A stretch of 64,000 nt of DNA from Rhynchobatus australiae (Eukaryota). The DNA lies in assembly GCA_034780895.1 (NCBI GenBank), contig JAUZTB010000068.1, forward strand, positions 20,307,151 through 20,371,150, given 5' to 3'. Both the position numbers and the translations under genes were made by a program. Positions 52,981 through 64,000 of the stretch are shown piece after piece. The notes below the pieces were generated by a model. That model saw nothing but the letters and a program-made list of their open reading frames with translations. It was not told the origin of the DNA and did no database searches. Each line of letters begins with the position of its first letter. Position 1 is the stretch's first letter.

Positions 52981-55900
52981 CTGAAGGGAAAGAGAGCGAA
53001 TCGTTTATTTAACTTCCTTAATGCAGTAACTATCTATCTATCNNNNNNNNNNNNNNNNNNNNNNNNNNNNNNNNNNNNNNNNNNNNNNNNNNNNNNNNNN
53101 NNNNNNNNNNNNNNNNNNNNNNNNNNNNNNNNNNNNNNNNNNNNNNNNNNNNNNNNNNNNNNNNNNNNNNNNNNNNNNNNNNNNNNNNNNNNNNNNNTCT
53201 CTCTCTCTCTGTCTCCCCCCCCCCCCGCCCTCTCTCCCTACTGATAATACTGCAAAACGCTATAGAATTCAGTTGCTACCTCTGCTTCTGAATTAGTGAA
53301 AAACTAACCCCGTGTGAATTCATTCTAATTTGGCAGGGATGGCACCGAAAGTAGTGATGCACTGGCTCCTTTCTGTATTGCCTTATTTTCCTACTTATCA
53401 TCCGATGTTACAGTTCCCTCCAGAGATTATCCATGTAATTCAGGCGTGTCCCTTTCTTTCCAGGTTGTTAACTTTTCTTCAAGAACTTTTGCGTGTTTCA
53501 CTGTGCCGGGACCCACCAAATTCAACTAAACTTCACGTGCGTTTCCGCCAGAGGCTTGTCAATGCCACCTCTCGCTGACCTCCCACCACCCGTAAAATAG
53601 TCACAGTCAGTGCAACTCGCTGCAAAACTGTGAAGGAGTTCAGTGGAAACGCGAATCGAAAGGCAAGTTAGGATACAATCTGCGAGGCAAGTTCCAGCTA
53701 ACCGACAGGCGTTTCCCTGATACTGTTTTTCCCGCTGTTTATTGTTCCTCTGTCTATTGTTCTTACTTTCTTGTTGTGCAGCCAGGGGAACCGATTAAAG
53801 TATTTTGACAGTCGTGTACTTTGACTCTGGGCAAAGGATCAGTTTGCAAACATATTTTGCTGTTTTCTTCTAAATTAGAGCACGCCAAAATTGATACGTG
53901 TTAGGACAAGAATTCATAATAAAAAAGACGATGCCAATTTAGTTTTCGGGCTGCAGTTTAGATATATTCCCGAATGCCGATACGAACGGGGGACTCCTCA
54001 TTTTATCCTAATGCTAATATATGACTGTTTCAAAGTAGGGGGTTCGTACAATTGTATACATGGCATCAAAATATTGAAAATATACAGTACACAGGTTAGT
54101 CGATGCTAAAAAATGTAATGGCATATGGAGATCTTGACTAATTTTTATACCTCCTGTCTTAAATAATTTAATGGACCACATTGATGACTGGTGCAGTGGA
54201 GACCATGGCTCCGAAATTTACACTTTGCTCTTTATTGTTATGCCTCTATCCCTAATCCACGTGGTGTTTGCGTCTCGGTTTCTTCTGCCTATTTACTTCT
54301 CATTTCCTAAAAAAAATCAGCAAGGTATGTAACCGTTTGTACATAGAAGAAGGTAGGCCTTTAGGGTCAGATTCAAATGAATTACTACAGACTTGGTTCC
54401 AACAATATTTCAGGAATGGAAAGAAAAGATGACTGGATACTTTTAATTTGTATGCAACAAATGATTGTTAGATGAACTGAAAAGTGAAGCCTATCTGAAA
54501 TATAATTGCTGTGACTGAACAATTCATTTTGCAGATTTAACTACATGGATCGCAGATTTGTGTTTATTAGTTTATTAGTGGAATTTAGGCTAACCTCAAA
54601 CCTGATCAACTCTCAGTCCTAACAAGAAAGTTGGATCAAACTTTTATATGATTGAAACATGTAGGGCCCAAATCCTGAATCCGAACTAATTGTCATGTTT
54701 CAAACTAATCATTCTAATTAGATAAGAGTACATTTGATTCCCAGAGTCACGTGCACTTGATTTAATGATTATTTAATTTGTACATGCTCCCGCAACATTC
54801 TTTTTATTTCCAAATCCTAATGTTAAACTCTGACCGACAATCACTACAATGGCAGAAAAAGATGTACGATAAAACTGTCAGCATGCAGCTCTAAACAATG
54901 AACGGTAAGGGTATGGAATTAAAATGTAGATCTATGTCGTGTTCTCGAGATTTCAACCTGCTATTCCTACATAGGAACAAACAGAGCCATACGTGGTTAC
55001 CTTCTCTGATGTATCAGTGAATGTAATGTTCTGCCCGGTATAATTTAGAATACAGGTTTGGCCAAATCAGGTGTAAATATTCCTCCCCTTCGCCCCCTCC
55101 CCTTCCGCCTCCCCCCCCCCCCCACCGCATCCCAGGGTTTACTATGATATTTTTTAAAATGCACTGGGTATCTTAAAGGGTTAAGGTATCTGTACCGCAT
55201 AGTACCCANNNNNCAAACAGATCTGTGTCATAAAGCACCAGAATTAGCTCCATATGTCCTGGTTGTTTATGGTCACTTTGGGATTTAAGCCATAGCATCT
55301 GTGATACAACATAATCATCATCAACAGGAAATCCTATTTACATCTAAACATGTTGACAGAAGTGCTCTGTCTGGTTGCAGTTTGCTGCGCTAGTTCTGGT
55401 GAAGTATCTGGACAGGCACCGTTCGGGGCTCTTTAACAAGAGTAGGAGGAAGCATGTATACACCAATGAACGACTTTACAGCGTCGTGTAAATTGGTGTT
55501 CAGATGTGAATGTCCTGCTAGTCTTCAGTACTAATTTTGGTTATGTTGGTTTGTCACGCGGCACAGAGCTTTACACGAATTGCAGACCTCTTGAATATTG
55601 ATTGCTTCAGGCGTGAATTTAAGTTTGAAATGAAAGTTGGTATTCCGTGGGTGATGATCAGTGTCGTAAACACGAAATTTCCAAGCTATCACTTTAAGGT
55701 AAAACCACTGCAGCATTCATCTGTTCTGGGACATCTCGGTGAAGCTCTCGGGTAACATTACTAGTGCAATTTATATGTTACTTCAAAACACCTTTGATGC
55801 AGCTGAGCCCTCGGTGCGTCCACTTTGCCATTTACACTTACAGTTCTTAATGGGTTTCATAGTACAAGACAGATTGAGACCGGATTAACAGATAGACCGA

Positions 55901-57029
55901 TATCAGGAAAGCGCCTCACAAAATTTCATCAGTATCCTGCTCAGATCAAATGTTTTTAGTACATCGAGCAGAAGGCTCGAGTCTAATACAAATGTGTAAA
56001 GGACAGGGGACAAAACAGAAATGAATTTACAACATTAGGAGAAAAGTTAATCGAAGAAATGTTATCATTACCGTTGATTTCTTGCTATATGCTATTCTCG
56101 CAGGAAAAGTAAAATTCAAACAAAACTTTTCTAAAATATATATTAACAATTTGTTAGATTAACTTTTTCACCCCAGAGCTGCAAAATAAATCGTATTGTT
56201 TGGTGTCTTTTGAGAACTTAAGGTGTTTGAATTAATCTCAATTTAAATTTTAAAAAATAACTACAGAGGAAATATATCTCTTCCAAGCCGTGTTCAACTA
56301 CAATTACGGAAGCTAATAAGAATAAATTATACTACGTGGATCATGTCCTTATTACATTATAGCTTTAAATTAGGGAGAGTTACGATTTATGCTAAATTGA
56401 AATTACTGAAATCCTCAAGGAATTGTGTCTCATTGCTAGCAATAAACACTCCTCTGTGATTACTTCATCGTTTTATATCACAATAATTCGCATTGATTAG
56501 CGATAAGAGTGGTTACCTTCGGACTTGGAGAGAACTTTTACTCAGACCGTTTTTCCCATTCAAAACCTATAATAACCGAAGACCCCGATTATGTCAGCGC
56601 TGGTAAATCCTATTTGCTCTCCCAGTTTTACATACTGTAATAATTTTAAAGCAAACAAGAACACTCTGCACAGTCCTAAAAATACAGCAGAGCAGGTCAG
56701 TTTGGTAGTTGATTAAATATCTCCGTTTAGCAAATCTCTACTATTGGGCAGGTCCTTCGCGGTTTCTTCGCTTTCTGATTTAAATGCTATGACTTTACAC
56801 TTTAAACAAAAAACAGACTCTCTTATACGCACAATAATTGTAATATTTAAAAAGTGTCGAAATAAATACACTACGAATATCAGTTTTCAACCATCATTTG
56901 TGAAGGGTAAAACCACAGTTCTCTCCTTCCCCTGGATTTTCAAAGAATGTCGCTTTTTTGTCAGTGCACATTAGGGTTAAAATTACTTTGGTGGACTGTG
57001 AGATTATGCGATTTGCGATATGCGATACT

Positions 57030-57272
57030 TAGGGGATATGATATTAAGTCTGATGTGATATTCAATGCATCAAGATATTGAACCTGGGTTATTCAGGAGA
57101 ATGTGACATTATAGTAAGAAATTTGAGGTCGAAGTTTAGTGTTAGGATTAAATGTGACATGGGAGAAATATAACATTATGGAAAATCTGAGAGTTAAGGG
57201 ACATGTGATATTGGTGGAGTGTGACATTGGGAGGAAAGTGGCATGGGGGCGGGGATAGGGTGGGGTGACAAT
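57030..57272. repeat. Degenerate ~16-18 bp minisatellite with atgtga(c/t)att core
   Basis: Recurrent units atatgatatt, atgtgatatt, atgtgacatt, atgtgacatg, atataacatt, atgtgatatt, gtgtgacatt at roughly 17-bp multiples. Confidence 0.55.
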
Positions 57273-60200
57273 AAATTAAAGTTCAGCAAAGTGAACATTT
57301 CGCCCCTTGCCTTCTGCAAATGTATCAGCGGAATCTCAGTTTGTACTATCTGCACCTTCCAATAAAAGCTAATAAAAGCAAGGTCGAACATTCCGCAGAT
57401 TCTTTGTGATTAGCTTCACTTCCAGGTGGTTGTAGGTTGAGCTGTATCTGTTCTGAGAATTTACAATGTGTCCCGGGTTCTCATGTTCTTTAGGAGTTTG
57501 TGTTCTGAAGGCAGTAAGTCATTAAACTTCCCTCATTATCTAACCAGATTACACGGTATTTTCACTTCGTTCTACTTGGGTTTATTTTGTCCACTAGGAA
57601 AATAAAATGACAGTTGATGTTACGCTGGGAAATTATTTGAAATTTATTGAGGAACTTATTTTAACACAGACTATATAATATTTAAAGATTATGATCAGCA
57701 ATTTATGTTAAATGCATGGAAATTCTTACTAAAGCATCATTAATCCGTCAGTACACATTATGTCGCGTTCAGCGCAATGGTTAAATGAGAAACGGCAGCT
57801 GGTAACTTTATGATTAAAACACATTCTTTTGGTGGGAATTTCAGTATTTGAAAATGAAATAATTGTTATTCTGGAAATAATTATTTACCAGGGGCAGAAA
57901 CTACGCGAGTGACAGCCCGTTTCTCATTAAACTGACACCTGGAATGGAAGTACTGTGCTAAAACCTCCTTTCACGTCAAGACCGTGCACCTGGTTCCTAA
58001 CTTACATCGAAACTCGTGCAATATGAATTACACACCAAAACACCCTGCGGAGACAGCACTAATACTCCCGGTAGCAAACACCCTCAAACTAGGTTAGCGG
58101 TGAAACTCACTTCTATAAAAGACCGATTGTTATTTTATAACTATCAGGTTACCTTGTCGACAGAATTACTCCTTTCAATGAAAAACTTTTGGGAACATAA
58201 TAATATCTTCATTGGCCATTTTGCCAACGTTCGATCTATAATACGAATTCAAAACCTGGAAACGTCCTCATTGAATCCAGATATAATTTAATTGCATTAG
58301 TTCAATTAAACAGATTATTCTTTTTTTAATGGCACAAATCCTGAATGCATTTCAAACTGGCATCTGCAACAAATGTGCTCAATCATACAAAACATCATGT
58401 TATGTTTTGTAAGATTATTAATCTTATGCCTTCCCGCATTAAGTAGAAATCGAGCAGTAGGATAGTTGGCCCATGGCATGGTATCTGTAATATAATCATT
58501 TTAAAGGTCCCAGGACTTCGGTGGAAACGCTGGATTGAGTGGGTTTGCAGGCGACAGGGGCGGAAAATAATTCTCAATAAAATTTGAAAATTACCATCAA
58601 CAAGTAAAAAGTAAAGGCAAGATTAGATTTCGAGATCATAATAATGCCAATTCTGATACTTAAAAAAATCATTTACGTTTGCTCGCACTTCTCTAATATC
58701 TACGAACCACTTCACTTGATTTATATTAAAAAAAAACAGAATTTTGGCACTGACATAAAAAATGTAAAGATCGCTTTACAAAAACAATGTAACTTTTTTA
58801 AAATGAGAAAATGTATTACTTCGGCGCACTATCTGCAACTGGGGACGGAGACTGAACAGATTCAGCCAAAGAAAAAAATATGTAATTTTCCACCTGGTTA
58901 TAAAATGACTATAGAAAAGCAGTGTTAATAACAGGGAAAAGTTGCCTTANNNNNNNNNNNNNNNNNNNNNNNNNNNNNNNNNNNNNNNNNNNNNNNNNNN
59001 NNNNNNNNNNNNNNNNNNNNNNNNNNNNNNNNNNNNNNNNNNNNNNNNNAGGGCATATTTTTCAACATAGTCGCAATCCACACAAAGCGGCCACTTTCAG
59101 ACCGATACTCTTTCTTTTCACTGAATAACTACGTCGAGTCTTTCTACGGCAGACGTTTCCTCTTGATATTTTGTCTGCCATTCTAATTTTATTTTTTCGT
59201 TAAACACTACACACACGTCCAACGCGCAGAGTTAATAAAGCGAGTTGTGTTTACAAAGCCTATAATTAGAAAAAGCTTTCAGTGGAACAATCCACCGAGA
59301 CCAAGCTGAACAGATCTCGTCAGTACTGGAGCCCAGGGAGCGACCGTACAGGACTCAGTGATATGTTCAGCTTAAATCGTTCTTGATTTTATTTGAGACA
59401 ACTCATCCGCGCAGAACGAATTCAAACCGAGAGCTCTGCCTTGAAACCTTTCATGTATTGTGTTAATAAAATATTGTCGTGGTTATGGTTAACTTGAGTA
59501 AAGGCGGAAACTGAATTATACCACTCAACGTTGCACTAGGAATTATTTTTAATGGTCTTTTGCACAGTGGTTTCATTCCAAACATTTGAAGCTGCCAATA
59601 TAATTCAATGTATGGATGCAATGGATTATATCTCTGCGCTTTTTAAAGCTACACAGTACCAGAACTTTTCTGACACTTGGTTTAAATAAAGATGCCTATC
59701 AAGTCTATATGCTCCCCACCTCTCTGTTTAACAATAACACAAAAAAAATCATGAGAGAAGTCTTAAATCCAATAACAATATCTGCTGTCTTCCAGCATCT
59801 CTCAATCTTAAGCTATGCAGATCTGCAAATCAGTGCCGAAATATTCCATCAAAAGCCACACCTCATATAACCCAGTTGTCACTTCAGAGCATTAAGAAAC
59901 CATACTGTTATCTAGGTCAACAGTAGCTTTCTTTTAACTGATGAAACTCGGGCAATGATGCAGCTACGACTTGTGAACAATACACACTGCTGAGANNNNN
60001 NNNNNNNNNNNNNNNNNNNNNNNNNNNNNNNNNNNNNNNNNNNNNNNNNNNNNNNNNNNNNNNNNNNNNNNNNNNNNNNNNNNNNNNNNNNNNNNNNNNN
60101 NNNNNNNNNNNNNNNNNNNNNNNNNNNNNNNNNNNNNNNNNNNNNNNNNNNNNNNNNNNNNNNNNNNNNNNNNNNNNNNNNNNNNNNNNNNNNNNNNNNN

Positions 60201-61344
60201 NNNNNNNNNNNNNNNNNNNNNNNNNNNNNNNNNNNNNNNNNNNNTGATGCACCACTGGGGTTGTCACTTTCGTTTTCAACACCCTGGCATCCCCGGATTT
60301 ATCGAAAAAGGCAGCAACCGTGATAAATAACTGGATCTGAAACTCTGCAGCAAGGATTTGCCATTCACTCGACCAGATTAATGTAAGTGCCCTGTAAATA
60401 TGGAGAGTATTAAGTCCTGGAGCTGCCGGAGGTTAGTCCGAATACGGCATCCAAGCCCAACGCTATTTAGTGAAACTTGTCACCTTGTGCTATGATCGTT
60501 CCAGCCATAGTTCAAATACAAAACCAATAACCCATACAAATCCTTCACACAGACAAGAACAAAGGGGGGGGGGGGTGAGAGAGACAACCAAACTAGACAC
60601 CCCAAAGTGTGACAATCACGAACTGACTCTGTTAATAAAACGGCACCTTTTCTTCGTTTAAGTTAACTCATTACTAAGTTTCCTTTTCTCTCCAAACCAG
60701 ATTGTTGTCAGCAGTACTGTACATGGGGCAGGACCATTCCCTCACTGAGTATTACACCACCTTGTCCTTCAAATAGTTTGTCGGTTATGCAGATTTAATT
60801 TGAAAATATTTATGATACAGTAATGAGACATTTATTTGTTTTCCGCCTAAACTGTTGATTTGGAAATGAATTTACAAAATGAAACAAAACGTTCAGATTC
60901 GAGCAGATTTAGGATAAAACACAAATTCGAAAAAAAATACAAACGAATGCACTGTTTTCCAATGCAGTCATGCAATAATAATTGAGAGGATTCGATGTGT
61001 TAGATCAGGACATCTTCTCGGATTGGCGAGTTGGTATAAATACCGTGTCAGCGTTTGCAAACAATGCTGCCGTCTCCTCCCTTGTCCAATGTGAGGTTAC
61101 CACAGGGAGAACGGGAAGCGAGTAGTAAACTAATCGGTTCATTGAAAACTTCTCACACGCGTGCGCTGCCATTATTTATTATAATTTATATGTAAAATGA
61201 AATATCCCGAGGAATGTCGGAGATAACGTTACATTTATCTCTGCAATCCTTACGGCCGCTTTCTTTAGTTCAAAAAAATATCAAATGTTCCTGGAATAAC
61301 TGTCCCGTCGCGCACGCCTGTATGTATTAGATAGGAGCCCGTAC

Positions 61345-61806
61345 CTGTACGTCGTCCAGTCCGTGGTGATTGAGAGCGTGGAGAGCGAGCGTGTCAACCA
61401 GCCCATGGTTTGAGTCAAGGCCGTGGCCGGAGTGGAGAAGCACATCAGGCCGCCGGATCCCATGGTAATCCCGACGGTGGTCAAGGCTTGACAACTGAGA
61501 CAGACCCCGGGGTTGGTGCAGGATACCCTGCTCGGCCGCCACCTCCTGGCGTTGCCTCTGTTGCCACGGGTGCTGCTGGGGCTGGTGCAGGGGGCTGGCC
61601 AGGGAGTAAGGATCGTTGACGTGAGCGTAGGGCTCCTGGCTCTGAGGGTAGGGTAGGGGCTGGTACGGCGGCGGGAAGTAAGGCGGCTGGAAATCCGAAG
61701 AAGGGGTGTGCGAGAGCGGCGGAGCCGTGGAGTAGGGAGCCTGGCTCATGGAGCCGAGCTGGGCGAGCCGGGCACTGTGACTGCTGTTCATTCCATCATG
61801 TCGATC
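61345..61806 (-). CDS. TFAP2E: AP-2 family coding exon 2, Pro/Gln-rich activation domain with PY motif (DRHDG...[13 protein letters not shown]...HHGLDDVQ)
   Basis: Acceptor tcctctctcag|GAT CGA CAT and donor CAG|gtacgg; 462 nt = 154 codons. Contains the AP-2 hallmarks [19 protein letters not shown] and DPYSL. Family is certain; paralog E versus B is less so. Confidence 0.93.
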
Positions 61807-62446
61807 CTGAGAGAGGAGGAAACAGAACAGCTATTACAGGAGCAAAACTCATTGCATGCACACAGCAGCGAGTGAGGCAAAACCACACCACCCTCCCCGC
61901 TCCATTCACTTCCCTTCTTCGATTTAACTTGCCGATCCTTGGAGGGATTTTTTTTCCCCCTGTTTTACATTTCCAGCTCTCTGCAGCACTATTTTAAATT
62001 CAATTCTCCGCCGAACTTCTGCCTATATGTAAAATCGGACCTTTTCTCTGACAAATTACTGTGAGGAAATATATCGGCTGCAAATCCGGAAATAAAGTCA
62101 ACCCCCCCCACCACTCGACCCGAGGAGAAAAGACCCCCCTCCCTCCCCAGCACCACCACCACTCCCCACACACCCCTCATCCCCACAGCTCTCCCGATTT
62201 GCTTTTCCGCTGTTGTGCAAAGTTGTCCTTTGTGGGAGTTGCAATTTTGACTCGTTTATCTCTCCATTGTGAGAAGCTCAAAGTTAGCCAAAATAACGAA
62301 AAAGGCGGATAAAAACAACGCGCGCCGTCTAAACCATCTGTTGTTATTTTACTCGATGCGAAAATAAACGTAGCTCCCAGAACGTTTTTAGCTTCGATTC
62401 GATATAAACAGCGCCGGTTTTTTTTTGCCCTTTCTGCCGTACTCAC

Positions 62447-62473
62447 CATTGCAGCATATGTGTGCACCAACAT
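62447..62473 (-). CDS. TFAP2E: AP-2 family transcription factor, coding exon 1 (MLVHTYAAM)
   Basis: Minus strand reads ATG TTG GTG CAC ACA TAT GCT GCA ATG followed by donor gtgagt. Matches the MLVH(T/S)(Y/F)SAM first exon of vertebrate AP-2 genes. Phase 0, joins exon 2 in frame. Confidence 0.88.
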
Positions 62474-62653
62474 CTGTGCGATCTGAGGACACCAAATCCC
62501 AAACAATCCCAGTCTTTTTGTGTGTGTCTGTGTTTTGTTTCAATCGGAACAACTCCAAAGAATTAGGAGAAAATGAGCCCACAATCCATATAAAGATCCG
62601 TGTTCTGGGGATTTAATTGGAAGAGAAAACGAAGAGGCTAGGGTCGGATCCGA

Positions 62654-62692
<39 letters not shown>

Positions 62693-63450
62693 TCTCTCTT
62701 GCTGTGTGTCTCTCCCACTGAGTCCGGGCTTTCTCTTCTATTAAATATCAGCAAATCTTTAATCAGCCAGGCGTGAACGAGCGCCGCGCGTTCCCGACGC
62801 TCGGCTCCGGGGACGCGCACTTCCTGTATCAAATTGAACAACTCCTGGTCCGGGAGGGAAAGGGAAATAGTAGTGGAACCGAAAGGGACATTTCAAAGAA
62901 AAGTAAGAGACAATATAATGCAGTATGGACGTTTTATTTATTGAGAATTGTCTATGTGTGCGCTTTGCACACAACTGCCGCACAGTTCCCCGCAAGTCGA
63001 ACGCAAAGTGAACAAATAATCCAGAGCCCAAGAACAGTGTGCGAAGCAACCCTTTGAGGAAGCAGATTAATCGTTGACGTTTAACAGAAAATGAACACAC
63101 TTTTAAAAATTGCATTTGGGATTAAAATAAAACAGCAAAAGACATACACTTAATTTGGGGGATCTGTCCAAACCCGGAATGGAGACAACTCGTTTAAAGT
63201 TTGAGAGTGGCCTGGATGATGGAAGTCGCCAAACGCGGCGGCAGTGGGCTTTATCTACCTTTTTCTACCGATCAGGGACGTTGCCGGAGGGCCTGTTTTA
63301 AATCTGAATGCATTGAACAGTTGGCGTCGCTTGCGGCTCCTCTGCCTCAGAACTATTCGAAAAAGCTGCCCAGCTTTAAGCTGAATGCTTGCCCGAGTTT
63401 CCAGGTCTGCCAAAGCCTCGGAGACTCGCTGACTCCCCCAAAGAAACAAA
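62474..63450 (-). promoter_or_regulatory. Putative 5' UTR and promoter of the AP-2 gene, CpG-rich
   Basis: Directly upstream of exon 1. Dense CpG (cgagcgccgcgcgttcccgacgctcggctccggggacgcgc), an ETS-like cacttcctg near 62818, a (GA)n tract, and a GCCN4GGC at 63283-63292. The TSS cannot be determined from sequence. Confidence 0.6.
62657..62699. repeat. (CT)n/(GA)n microsatellite in the promoter/5' UTR
   Basis: Directly visible tctctc... run. Confidence 0.95.
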
Positions 63451-64000
63451 ACATTGCAGTTAATCGTTGTTGGCTACTTTTGTTAAGATTACACATAGAA
63501 ATGAATGAAATTTAAAAATATTCAGAGGCACTCGCTTCTGGAGAGTGTGTGATGATACAGGTAACTGTAAACTTCAGATTCTGCGTTATAGTTGACGTGT
63601 CGTTATTTTTATACTTAATGGTTAACTGTTTTACTAAAGAAGAGACATTTAACAAATTATTTTCAGCAGTGAAGAGGACATGTGCTTTCTATTGGCGTAC
63701 TTATTTAAATCTTCGCCGGTATTCTGTTAACGGCTCTGTAAGAGGCCAAAGTCCTTTTTGGAATTCGCTCCTTTGTAATTTGTCCTGTCCTTCCGTCTCA
63801 CTCAACTGCAGGTACAAAGGCTCTCCAAACCAAGACCAAACCATGGTGATCTGCAAAACAAGTTTCAGTTCCAACAGCATCCGTAAATCTGCAAATCCCA
63901 ACTGTAACATTAAATGCGCAATTACAAAATGTTACTTACATTTCCAAATACATGATATTAAAATTAAGTTGTTAATTAGCAGGTGGAACTAATAAGATAC

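Noticed and set aside
62177-62506. 109-aa minus-strand ORF extending exon 1
   Set aside because: Starts at a non-ATG codon and reads through the gtgagt donor into intron 1; only MLVHTYAAM is supported.
62506-64000. Alternative MLWKL-type first exon known from AP-2 alpha/beta/gamma
   Set aside because: No matching sequence seen in the window; it may lie further upstream or be absent.
1-64000. CRISPR arrays, prokaryotic operons, rRNA/tRNA genes or intact autonomous transposons
   Set aside because: None seen. The sequence is eukaryotic and intron-dominated, and the visible element ORFs are interrupted by stops, frameshifts or gaps.

Overview
Vertebrate genomic DNA, most likely a cartilaginous fish (elasmobranch; inferred from HE1/V-SINE, CR1, Rex1/Babar, L2, RTE and Penelope-like relics), from a gapped scaffold assembly. 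The window holds the 5' five coding exons of one AP-2 family transcription factor gene on the minus strand: exon 1 62447-62473, exon 2 61345-61806, exon 3 52920-52980 (missed by the ORF track), exon 4 8121-8346, exon 5 7621-7739. All junctions are GT-AG and phase-compatible (895 nt). The best call is TFAP2E, with TFAP2B the alternative. I did not find the remaining exons, which probably lie beyond position 1. Intron 3 is about 44.6 kb and full of decayed retroelements. The gene's 5' ~17 kb (about 47-64 kb) looks CpG-retaining and poor in young repeats. I found no clear new biological system. The best unexplained signal is a ~340-bp element duplicated within intron 3 (23482-23830 and 27970-28310) with shared stems and motifs. 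Repeat boundaries are approximate, and family names come from remembered consensus features, not database searches.
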